This document shows, in pieces, positions 1-7,923 of a stretch of DNA of 32,000 nt. The translations under genes were made by a program, and so were the position numbers. Source of the DNA: an uncultured bacterium (lineage in GTDB: Bacteria > Auribacterota > JACPWU01). Within the stretch, counting starts at the first letter, position 1. Each line of letters begins with the position of its first letter. A model generated the notes under the pieces. That model was not told where the DNA came from. It saw only the letters and a program-made list of their open reading frames with translations, and searched no databases. The DNA lies in the NCBI GenBank assembly GCA_964640155.1, contig CAZXEQ010000010.1, positions 1-32,000 on the forward strand, read 5' to 3'.

Positions 1-23
1 GATGTAAAGGGAGTTTAAAAAAA

Positions 24-106
24 GTGATAAGTTGTAAGTAGTCAGTTATAAGCAAAACGAATAAATTCTATACTTACTACTTATCACTTATGACTTATGA
101 CTAGTC
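24..106. repeat. Heptad-periodic imperfect palindrome H1 (AAGT / ACTT cores)
   Basis: Left arm 26-53 = gataagt|tgtaagt|agtcagt|tataagc. Right arm 72-106 = acttact|acttatc|acttatg|acttatg|actagtc, in exact 7-nt phase. 24-39 pairs with 72-87 at 15/16. The right arm runs through the aroE ATG at 97. Confidence 0.6.
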
Positions 107-951
107 CATATCTTTGTGGCATCTTTGGTTTTCCTATCTCTCATTCGGCTTCCCCAGTCATGCATGATGCTGCTTTTCAAGCGCTTAAACTTGATGGTTC
201 TTACACTGCTTTTGAGATTATCCCAAAAAATATTAAAAAAGCTGTTGAAGCCATTCGTCTTTTAAATTTCACAGGGATTAATGTAACGGTTCCCTTTAAA
301 GAAAAGGTTTTGCCGTGGTTAGATGAGTTGAGTCCAGAGGCTCGTTTGATTGGGGCGGTGAATACGATTCATTGTGTGAAAGGACGTTTGATTGGTTTTA
401 ATACAGATGCGAAAGGATTTCAGATGGCTTTACAAGAGGATTGGGGTGATTCTCTTAAAGGTAAAAATCTATGTTTAATAGGTGCAGGTGGAGCTGCAAG
501 AGCAGTCGCAGTTCAAGCGAGTTTGGTAGGAATTAAGAAGTTAATCATTGTTAATCGAAATCAGACTCGCTTAAAAAAACTAATGATGCATCTTCATGAA
601 AATTTCCCTCGTCTTGAAATTGTAGGTTTAAAAAGTGATAGTAAAAGCCTTCAAAAAGAAATTTTATTGGCTGATTGTATTGTGAATGCAACAAGTTTAG
701 GGATGAAGACTCAAGATCCTTTGCCCATACCTATTTCCTGGTTATCTAAAAAAACTTATGTTTATGATTTAATTTATCGTCCTTTTCAAACTCGTTTTGT
801 AAAAGAGGCTATTCGTCAAGGATGTCATGCGTCAGGAGGGCTTGGGATGCTTCTTTATCAAGGGGCTTTATCATTTGAAATATGGACAGGGAGAAAAGCA
901 CCTGTCAAAATAATGCAAGCTGCTTTGAAAAAACATTTTGAGAAAGAATAG
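97..951 (+). CDS. aroE: Shikimate 5-dehydrogenase
   Basis: 284 aa. N-terminal FGFPISHSASPVMHDAAF resembles the AroE GNPIxHSxSP motif. Also NVTVPFK and a GAGGAARA Rossmann loop. No Shine-Dalgarno visible upstream. Confidence 0.9.
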   Translation: MTSPYLCGIFGFPISHSASPVMHDAAFQALKLDGSYTAFEIIPKNIKKAVEAIRLLNFTGINVTVPFKEKVLPWLDELSPEARLIGAVNTIHCVKGRLIGFNTDAKGFQMALQEDWGDSLKGKNLCLIGAGGAARAVAVQASLVGIKKLIIVNRNQTRLKKLMMHLHENFPRLEIVGLKSDSKSLQKEILLADCIVNATSLGMKTQDPLPIPISWLSKKTYVYDLIYRPFQTRFVKEAIRQGCHASGGLGMLLYQGALSFEIWTGRKAPVKIMQAALKKHFEKE

Positions 952-1023
952 GAATTAGGGGTTAAGGCTGGAAAGACGGGTTCTTGCTTAATTCTTATAC
1001 CTTAAAAAAAGGATACAACACAT

Positions 1024-1833
1024 TTGCTCACTTTAATTTTTGTTTTTATCTTTGGTGCATGCATTGGAAGCTTTTTAAATGTGTGTATTTATCGACTTCC
1101 AAGAGATCTTTCCTTGATTAAACCTCGTTCTTTTTGTCCCCATTGTTCAAAAAAAATCAAGTGGTATGACAATTTTCCTATTGCGAGTTTTATTTGTTTG
1201 AAAGGGAAATGTCGTTTTTGTAAGCACAAAATTTCTTTTCGTTATATTTTTGTTGAAGTTTTAACAGCGTTGCTTACGTTATTGATTTGGTGTCAGGGAC
1301 AGAGGCAACAATTGGAATTGGTTGAAGTTCTTTTAAGACTGCTTTTAACCTATGCTTTGATTGTTGTCAGCATGGTGGATTTGGATTTATATATTATCCC
1401 AGATGAAATTAGTTATTCTTACTTTTTTCTTGGGATTGCCTTGTCATTGATTCTACCAACACATTGGGGTGTCGAGAATCGTTTCCATTCTCTTTTTAAT
1501 TCTTTATTAGGGGCTTTGGTTGGAGGGGGAGGTTTGTGGGTGATTGGATGGGTTGCAAAATTTTTTATGAAAAAAGATGCGATGGGACTTGGAGATGTTA
1601 AATTGATGATGATGGTGGGTGCATGGTTAGGGTGGAAAGCAACAGTTGCTTCTGTCATGATTGCCTCTGTTATCGGATCTGTTGTGGGTTTGATTTTTAT
1701 TGGCATGAAGAGACTTCAAATTGAGAGTCAAATCCCTTTTGGCCCTTTTCTCTCCATGGGAGCTTTTACTTACATGCTGTGGGGAGAAAAACTTTTAAAG
1801 TGGTATTTAAAATTGGTGGCTACCTTTAAATAA
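1024..1833 (+). CDS. pilD: Prepilin (type IV leader) peptidase, A24 family
   Basis: Polytopic membrane protein. N-terminal Cys cluster CPHC...CRFC. GLGDVKLM aspartyl motif and a C-terminal PFGPFL motif. TTG start as called in the ORF track. Confidence 0.85.
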   Translation: MLTLIFVFIFGACIGSFLNVCIYRLPRDLSLIKPRSFCPHCSKKIKWYDNFPIASFICLKGKCRFCKHKISFRYIFVEVLTALLTLLIWCQGQRQQLELVEVLLRLLLTYALIVVSMVDLDLYIIPDEISYSYFFLGIALSLILPTHWGVENRFHSLFNSLLGALVGGGGLWVIGWVAKFFMKKDAMGLGDVKLMMMVGAWLGWKATVASVMIASVIGSVVGLIFIGMKRLQIESQIPFGPFLSMGAFTYMLWGEKLLKWYLKLVATFK

Positions 1834-1898
1834 TAGGGATGAGGGATATGTCGTTTTTGTTGTGATGATTTACCAAATACATATTTAGGATTAAGGAA

Positions 1899-2417
1899 AT
1901 GAACATTGTTCTTTTTGGTTTTATGGGTACGGGCAAATCTGCTGTGGCTCAAGTTCTTGCAAGACGTATGAATTTACGTTGGGTGGATATGGATCGTGAA
2001 ATTGAAACTCAGCAAGGAATGAGCGTTGAAAAGATATTTGAAAAACACGGAGAAAAATTTTTTAGAGAACAAGAACGTTTTTTAGTTCAGGAATTGATCA
2101 AACAAGATGGATTAGTCGTTTCTACAGGCGGAGGAGTAGTTCTTGATGAGGCTAATATTAGAGATTTTTTGGCATGGGGTTGTTGTATTTGTTTGAATGC
2201 AAATTCTCAAGTTATTTTTGAGAGAACGCGTCATCGGCAAGATCGCCCCTTATTGAAAGACAAGGATCCTATGATGAAAATCCAAGAACTGCTAAAATCT
2301 CGTGAATCATATTATTTGAAAATTCCGATACAAATCGATACCAGTGATCGTTCTTTACATGATGTAATTGGAACAATTCTTCATTTGCTTGATGAACATG
2401 AAAAAATAAAAAATTAA
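1899..2417 (+). CDS. aroK: Shikimate kinase
   Basis: 172 aa. Walker A GFMGTGKS, then TGGG and the lid region. aaggaa RBS upstream. Confidence 0.9.
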   Translation: MNIVLFGFMGTGKSAVAQVLARRMNLRWVDMDREIETQQGMSVEKIFEKHGEKFFREQERFLVQELIKQDGLVVSTGGGVVLDEANIRDFLAWGCCICLNANSQVIFERTRHRQDRPLLKDKDPMMKIQELLKSRESYYLKIPIQIDTSDRSLHDVIGTILHLLDEHEKIKN

Positions 2418-2468
2418 AATAGAAGTGTAACAAAGTTGTGATAAAAATTTTGAACGAAGGAAAAGTTT

Positions 2469-3554
2469 ATGGAAATGGTTCGAGTGGATTTAGGTGAGAG
2501 AAGTTACGAAGTGATGGTAGGAGCTGGTCTAATGGAACGTATTGGAGAATTAACTTCTCATTTAAGTTTAGGCTCTTCATGTGCTTTGATCACACATGAG
2601 AAAATTTTCTCTATGTTTGGCGATCGGATTATGGCTTCTTTGAAGCGAAATCGACAACGCGTTTATCCTATTTTTATTCCAGAAGGTGAAGTTTCGAAAA
2701 ACTTGGAGTGGGCCAGTCGCATTTATCAGGTAATGATCGAAAGTGGTTTAGATCGCAGTTCTTTTGTGGTGGCTTTAGGGGGAGGTGTTGTGGGTGACTT
2801 GGCAGGATTTGTGGCTGCTACTTACATGCGAGGGTTGGACCTTGTGCATGTTCCAACAACTTTGCTTTCTCAAGTGGATGCAAGTTTGGGTGGAAAAACA
2901 GCGGTTAATTTATCGATTGGGAAAAATTTGGTGGGAGTTTTTCACCAGCCTCGTCTTGTCTTAAGTGATGTAGATGCTTTGGAGAGCCTAAGTAAAGATG
3001 AATTTAGATCAGGAATGGGAGAGATTATTAAGTATGGTGTGATCAAAGATCCAGAACTTTTTGATTTTATTGAATCTGAACATAAACGTATCTCGGCTCG
3101 AAATAAAGAGGCTCTAGAATGGATTATTCATCGTTCATGTCGTGTAAAGGCCTGGGTCGTCTCAGAAGATGAAAGAGAATCCAATTTGCGAGCCATTTTA
3201 AATTATGGTCACACGGTGGGACATGCCTTGGAAGCCGGAACACAATATCAAGGATATAAACACGGTCAAGCCATTGCGGTGGGTATGGCTTGTGCTGGCT
3301 GGATTGCTAAGGAAAGAGGTTTTTGGAATGAAAGCGATTTAAAGCGACAGAACAATGTTATTAAATTATATAACCTTCCTATCACTTATAAAAGACCATC
3401 TCCAGAAGAGGTTTATCATTATTTATGGGCGGATAAAAAGAAAAAACAAGGAACACTTACTTTTATTTTACCCAAGAAAATTGGGGAGGTCTTTTTGTGT
3501 CGGGATGTTTCTGAGAAGATGATTAAGGAAGCTTTGAAGAGATGTTATAAATAA
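2469..3554 (+). CDS. aroB: 3-dehydroquinate synthase
   Basis: 361 aa. GGGVVGDLAGFVAATYMRG, PTTLLSQVDAS and NYGHTVGHALE are typical of AroB. Confidence 0.9.
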   Translation: MEMVRVDLGERSYEVMVGAGLMERIGELTSHLSLGSSCALITHEKIFSMFGDRIMASLKRNRQRVYPIFIPEGEVSKNLEWASRIYQVMIESGLDRSSFVVALGGGVVGDLAGFVAATYMRGLDLVHVPTTLLSQVDASLGGKTAVNLSIGKNLVGVFHQPRLVLSDVDALESLSKDEFRSGMGEIIKYGVIKDPELFDFIESEHKRISARNKEALEWIIHRSCRVKAWVVSEDERESNLRAILNYGHTVGHALEAGTQYQGYKHGQAIAVGMACAGWIAKERGFWNESDLKRQNNVIKLYNLPITYKRPSPEEVYHYLWADKKKKQGTLTFILPKKIGEVFLCRDVSEKMIKEALKRCYK

Positions 3555-3557
3555 TGC

Positions 3558-3729
3558 AGTTTGCTGAAAAAGCCCAATCTGCCACGGAGTAGTAGCTTTG
3601 CTATTCGTTACACGTTTCGCTCCTTTGTGCGGCTTATAACGAAACATACGCCTCCGCAGTCGCTCGCGTGCGCCTTGCATCCCCTTACGGGGACTATAAG
3701 AAAATGTCTTGGGACTTTTTGAGCAAACT
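3558..3729. repeat. GC-rich structured intergenic element A (candidate ncRNA or palindromic insert)
   Basis: Closing stem agtttgctgaaaaagccca (3558-3576) pairs with tgggactttttgagcaaact (3710-3729). Inner helices: ctgc..ggag (3579-3589) with ctccgcag (3652-3659), gtttcg/cgaaac (3614-3619/3640-3645), and cccc-ttac-gggg (3681-3692). Shares ordered motifs with 22701-22841. Confidence 0.5.
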
Positions 3730-3781
3730 ATAAGATTGTTAAAGCGAAAGATTGTTTTGGGGTAACTGGAGACTTTTTAAA

Positions 3782-4354
3782 ATGGCCAGTGTTAGTGAAG
3801 AAATTGTCAGAGAATATTTAGAATTAAATGAATTTGCGGTGAAAGTACATCGTAAATTTCTTTTAACGGGTGCGCAGAGAAATGCTTTAGATGAAGTAGA
3901 TGTCGTTGCTACAAACCTTTGTGAAGTGAATCTCCCGGTGCGAGGTATTCTTTTAGAAAAGGGAGAAATAAAAAATTTAGAACGTTTTGTGATGGCGGTT
4001 CGTGGTTGGCACAGTGAGGTTTTTTCCCCTTCTCGTTTAAAATTTTCTCCGGAACTCCTTAATCTGGCTGAGTTAGATGAAGAGAGTATTAAAAAAAGAT
4101 TCTTTCAAGGTCAATCTTTCTCCCGCGTCATTGTTATTCCAGGTTTGCCCACCGACTTAAATCTTAAGGGAACTGTGTTGCAGACATTCAAAGAAAAGGG
4201 GATTGATTACGTTCTTGATTTTAAAACGATTCTAGAAGAACTTATTGAGCGTGTTGAGGTCTCTAAGAATTATATTCAAAGTCCTACTTTACAGTTGATT
4301 CGTATTCTAAAACGATATGATTTGATCAAGGATTATCAATTGGAATTGTTTTAA
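3782..4354 (+). CDS. Hypothetical protein, possible degenerate PD-(D/E)xK-like fold
   Basis: The ORF is open from TTG 3752. ATG 3782 has GGAG 10 nt upstream. I recognise no family. The fold guess rests on the order EEIVREYLE..., DEVDVVA, FVMAVRGW. Confidence 0.55.
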   Translation: MASVSEEIVREYLELNEFAVKVHRKFLLTGAQRNALDEVDVVATNLCEVNLPVRGILLEKGEIKNLERFVMAVRGWHSEVFSPSRLKFSPELLNLAELDEESIKKRFFQGQSFSRVIVIPGLPTDLNLKGTVLQTFKEKGIDYVLDFKTILEELIERVEVSKNYIQSPTLQLIRILKRYDLIKDYQLELF

Positions 4355-4364
4355 ATCGTTATTT

Positions 4365-5447
4365 ATGACAGAAAAAGAAACCTACATTTTGTTGAATATG
4401 GTAGATGGGTTAGGGCCCAGAACCATTCGGTCTTTAAAGGAACAATTTCCTCATATTCAAGATGTTTGGGGTTGTAGTTCGAAAACATTAGAAGAAAAAA
4501 TAAAAATCAAGCCAGCCGTTGTTCAAAATATTTTGAAAGCTCCCCAAACCATTGATCTTAAAAAAGAGTTAGATTTTCTCCAGCAAGAAGAAATAGAAGT
4601 TGTTTCTCTCTGGGATTCATCTTATCCCACTTTATTGAAAGAGATTTATGATGCTCCTCCTGTTCTTTATGTGAAGGGGAATACAAATTTTACTCAGTCA
4701 ATTGCAATGGTAGGAGCTCGGTCTTCTACTCATTATGGGAATGAAACAGCCTATAAATTAGCATTTCAATTGGTTTCATTTGGTTTAACTGTGGTGAGTG
4801 GATTGGCCCGTGGAATTGATCTTCATGCACATCGCGGAGCGCTGGCAGGACACGGGAAAACAGTAGGTGTGATGGGATGCGGGTTTAAATACTTTTATCC
4901 CGAAGAACATCGATCTTTGTCTGAAGAGATTATTAAAGAAGGAGGAAGTTTAATTTCAGAGTTCTCTTCAGAAACACCTCCGATCGGTCCAAATTTCCCC
5001 CGTCGTAATCGAATTATCAGCGGTCTTTCCATGGGGGTGGTTGTTGTTGAGGCAGCTCAAAAAAGTGGGTCTTTAATTACGGCAGATTTTGCTTTAGAAC
5101 AGGGGAGAACAGTTTTTGCTGTGCCAGGGCGTATTGATAGTCCCTTAGCTTCTGGAACATTACATTTAATTAAAGATGGGGCGAAGTTGGTTCAATCCGT
5201 AGAAGATATTCTTGAAGAACTGGGGATTGAACAAGAAGCCCTTGCAGTTTCCTCAAAGTCTATGGGTCAAGTCTTGGGTCCTGATGAAAATAAAGTTCTT
5301 CAGTCGATAGGAAATGATCCTGTGAATGTTGATCAGGTACGACATTCTGTACAATTAGAAACATCGAAGGTTTTGTCGCTTTTGTTTCAATTAGAATTGA
5401 AAAAGCAGGTTAAGCAATTACCAGGGAAATATTATGTAAGGACTTAA
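4365..5447 (+). CDS. dprA: DNA processing protein A (Smf)
   Basis: 360 aa. VGARSSTHYG and GLARGIDLHAHRGAL Rossmann-like core, plus a C-terminal winged-helix-like tail. Confidence 0.9.
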   Translation: MTEKETYILLNMVDGLGPRTIRSLKEQFPHIQDVWGCSSKTLEEKIKIKPAVVQNILKAPQTIDLKKELDFLQQEEIEVVSLWDSSYPTLLKEIYDAPPVLYVKGNTNFTQSIAMVGARSSTHYGNETAYKLAFQLVSFGLTVVSGLARGIDLHAHRGALAGHGKTVGVMGCGFKYFYPEEHRSLSEEIIKEGGSLISEFSSETPPIGPNFPRRNRIISGLSMGVVVVEAAQKSGSLITADFALEQGRTVFAVPGRIDSPLASGTLHLIKDGAKLVQSVEDILEELGIEQEALAVSSKSMGQVLGPDENKVLQSIGNDPVNVDQVRHSVQLETSKVLSLLFQLELKKQVKQLPGKYYVRT

Positions 5448-5452
5448 ATGCT

Positions 5453-5528
5453 GTGGATAGTGTATTGTGGATAGGGGTTTGTAATTTTATTTTTTCTTGT
5501 TTTACAATTCACTAATCACAATCCCCTG
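5453..5528. repeat. Heptad-periodic imperfect palindrome H2 (TGT / ACA cores)
   Basis: Left arm tgtggat|agtgtat|tgtggat|aggggtt|tgtaatt (5453-5487). Right arm acaattc|actaatc|acaatcc|cctgtac (5505-5532). Stem 5474-5487 pairs with 5515-5528 at 12/14. Confidence 0.5.
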
Positions 5529-5645
5529 TACTTAAGATTTGCCTTGCGTTGAGATTAGAGACTGTGGACAATGAATGCTTCGTATTTTCAGAGATGGATG
5601 TGCCTCAGGCGTAAAAGTTGAAAAACTAGGATAAGGGTTTAAAAA

Positions 5646-7769
5646 ATGCCGGGTAAAAAAGTAAAAAAGAGTGAAGGAGCTTTGGTGATTGTTGAATCTC
5701 CTGCCAAGGCGAAGACGATTAATAAAATCTTAGGGTCTCATTATATTGTGAAGGCTTCTATGGGACATGTGCGAGATTTACCTAAGAGCAAATTTGGTGT
5801 GGATGTGGAACATGATTTTACACCTGAATACAAAGTTCTTACAACCCGAAAAAAAATTGTCACAGAATTAAAAAAAATTGCAAGTGAGTCTTCAGAAATT
5901 TATCTAGCTCCCGATCCTGATCGCGAAGGGGAAGCCATTGCGTGGCATTTGGCTTCGTTGTTTGAAAAAGAAGATAAGAAGATTCAACGTGTTACCTTTA
6001 ATGAAATTACGAAAAATGCTGTTCTAGAAGCTTTCAAACATCCTCGCCCATTGGATATGAATAAAGTAGATTCTCAACAGGCCCGTCGTGTTTTAGATCG
6101 AGTTGTGGGATATAAAATCAGTCCTCTTTTATGGAAAAAAGTGGGAAAAGGTCTAAGTGCAGGACGAGTGCAATCGGTTGCCGTTCGTTTGATTTGCGAT
6201 AGAGAAGAAGAAATTAAAAAATTTATTCCAAAAGAGTTTTGGTCTCTGGAAGCGCTTTTTAAGAAAAAATCTGAAGAAATTTCTTTTGAAGCTCATTTAG
6301 ATAAAATGAAGGGTGAAAAAATAGATATTTCAAATGGACAGCTTGCCCATGAAGTAGTTTCAGATATTCAGACCAAAGGTGCACCTTTCATTATTGCCAA
6401 TGTTCAGAGTAAAGAAAAAACTCAAAAAGCGTATCCTCCTTTTATTACAAGTCAACTTCAACAGGCTTCTGCAACGACTTTAAGATTTTCAGTTTATAAG
6501 ACAATGAAAGTGGCTCAAGAGCTTTATGAAGGAATTGAGTTGGGAGAAGAGGGAAGCGTGGGGCTTATTACCTACATGCGTACGGATGCTTATCGAATCG
6601 CTCCCGAAGCCCAGGAAGAAGCCATTCAATACGTGAAGACCCGATTTGGCGAGGAATTTTTACCTGAAACACCTAACTTTTATAAAGCCAAAAAAGGAGC
6701 ACAAGAGGCGCATGAAGCGATTCGTCCTTCCTCGGCAAATCGAAACCCTGAAGACATTAAACAATATTTGTCAGAAGATCAGTACAAACTTTATCGATTG
6801 ATTTGGAAAAGATTTTTGCAAAGTCAAATGGCTCCGGCACTTCTTAAAACCCATACGGTCAATATTATCTCTGGGATGAGTTCTTCAAATTTAGATCAAT
6901 GGGAAAAAGCAGAATATAATTTTAAATCGACAGGCACCGAAGTTGTTTTCCCTGGATATTTGGTATTAGAAGAGCCTGTTGTTAAAGATGAAGAAGATGA
7001 AAAAGACAGCGAAGAGGAAAAGAATGTTTTACTACCGAAGTTAGAAGTCGGAGAGGAAGTGCTTTTAAGTCAATTGATTCCCAACCAACATTTTACCAAG
7101 CCTCCTCCTCGTTATTCAGAGGCCAGTTTGGTAAAGGCTTTAGAAGAAAATGAAATTGGAAGACCCAGTACCTATTCTCCTACAATTCAAACGATTGTTA
7201 AACGAGGCTATGTTTTTAAAGAACGAGGCAGACTCATGCCTGCAGAGTTAGGTTTTACAGTTACAAAGTTATTACTTGAGCATTTCCCCAATATTATGAA
7301 TATTGAGTTTACGGCGAAAATGGAAGCAGATCTGGACATGATTGAAGAAGGCAAAGAAGACTGGAAAAAACTGATTATTGAATTTTATCATCCTTTTATG
7401 GAAACTTTTGAGCTTGCTTCTAAGACGATGCAAAGTGTTAAACAACCTCCCATTCCGACAGATGAAGTTTGCGAAAAATGTGGATCTATGATGGTGATAC
7501 GAACGGGTCGGTTTGGAAAATTTATGGCATGCTCTGGTTTTCCAAAATGTCGAAATGTGAAATCAATTGATACGGGGATTGCTTGTTCCAAGCCTGGATG
7601 CACAGGTAAAATCGTACAACGTCGATCTAAGAAGGGAAGGACTTTCTTTGGATGTACACGTTATCCCGAATGTGATTTTGTAGCTTCAAGTCTTGAAAAA
7701 GCCCAAGGGGGTTCTTCTTCAGAAAATGCTCAAGAAGAGGACGAAGGTGGGGATGAAGAAGAGAATTAA
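5646..7769 (+). CDS. topA: DNA topoisomerase I
   Basis: 707 aa. TOPRIM VIVESPAKAKTI, active-site region GLITYMRTD, C-terminal Cys4 zinc ribbons (CEKCGS...CSGFPKC), acidic tail. Confidence 0.95.
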   Translation: MPGKKVKKSEGALVIVESPAKAKTINKILGSHYIVKASMGHVRDLPKSKFGVDVEHDFTPEYKVLTTRKKIVTELKKIASESSEIYLAPDPDREGEAIAWHLASLFEKEDKKIQRVTFNEITKNAVLEAFKHPRPLDMNKVDSQQARRVLDRVVGYKISPLLWKKVGKGLSAGRVQSVAVRLICDREEEIKKFIPKEFWSLEALFKKKSEEISFEAHLDKMKGEKIDISNGQLAHEVVSDIQTKGAPFIIANVQSKEKTQKAYPPFITSQLQQASATTLRFSVYKTMKVAQELYEGIELGEEGSVGLITYMRTDAYRIAPEAQEEAIQYVKTRFGEEFLPETPNFYKAKKGAQEAHEAIRPSSANRNPEDIKQYLSEDQYKLYRLIWKRFLQSQMAPALLKTHTVNIISGMSSSNLDQWEKAEYNFKSTGTEVVFPGYLVLEEPVVKDEEDEKDSEEEKNVLLPKLEVGEEVLLSQLIPNQHFTKPPPRYSEASLVKALEENEIGRPSTYSPTIQTIVKRGYVFKERGRLMPAELGFTVTKLLLEHFPNIMNIEFTAKMEADLDMIEEGKEDWKKLIIEFYHPFMETFELASKTMQSVKQPPIPTDEVCEKCGSMMVIRTGRFGKFMACSGFPKCRNVKSIDTGIACSKPGCTGKIVQRRSKKGRTFFGCTRYPECDFVASSLEKAQGGSSSENAQEEDEGGDEEEN

Positions 7770-7814
7770 AAACGAGATTATTCATTACGAAGTTTGGACT
7801 CTAAAATTAAATTG

Positions 7815-7914
7815 CAATCACCGATAACCAAATTCCAAGCTCCAAATAAATTTAAATGCTCAATACCCAATTACCCAAAAGTTTGGTTATTGTGATTTGG
7901 TGTTTGGTCATTGT
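7815..7914. repeat. Heptad-periodic imperfect palindrome H3 (CC / TGG cores)
   Basis: CC at 7821, 7828, 7835 and 7842. TG[G/T] at 7884, 7891, 7898, 7905 and 7912. Both series have an exact 7-nt period. aatcaccgataacc pairs with ggttattgtgattt at 12/14. Ends 10 nt before the xerC ATG. Confidence 0.55.
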
Positions 7915-7923
7915 TCGTGAATC

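Noticed and set aside
952-1023. A possible sixth heptad element between aroE and pilD (ttaggg/gttaagg on the left; cttaatt|cttatac|cttaaaa at 987-1007 on the right).
   Set aside because: It has only two to three units per arm and a 6-bp complementary core (ttaagg/ccttaa). That is too weak to call without genome-wide statistics.
3468-3680. 70-aa minus-strand ORF overlapping the aroB 3' end and element A.
   Set aside because: It has no RBS, overlaps a well-supported gene, and is Arg/Lys-rich as expected from reading a GC-rich hairpin. It is explained by the structured element.
5453-5571. Three 8/9 DnaA-box-like sites (TGTGGATAg twice, TGTGGAcAA) as a possible oriC or DnaA-titration site.
   Set aside because: No dnaA or dnaN is nearby and there is no perfect box. 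Two of the boxes are units of a heptad-periodic arm of the same type seen at four other sites with unrelated cores. Kept only as a low-interest check.
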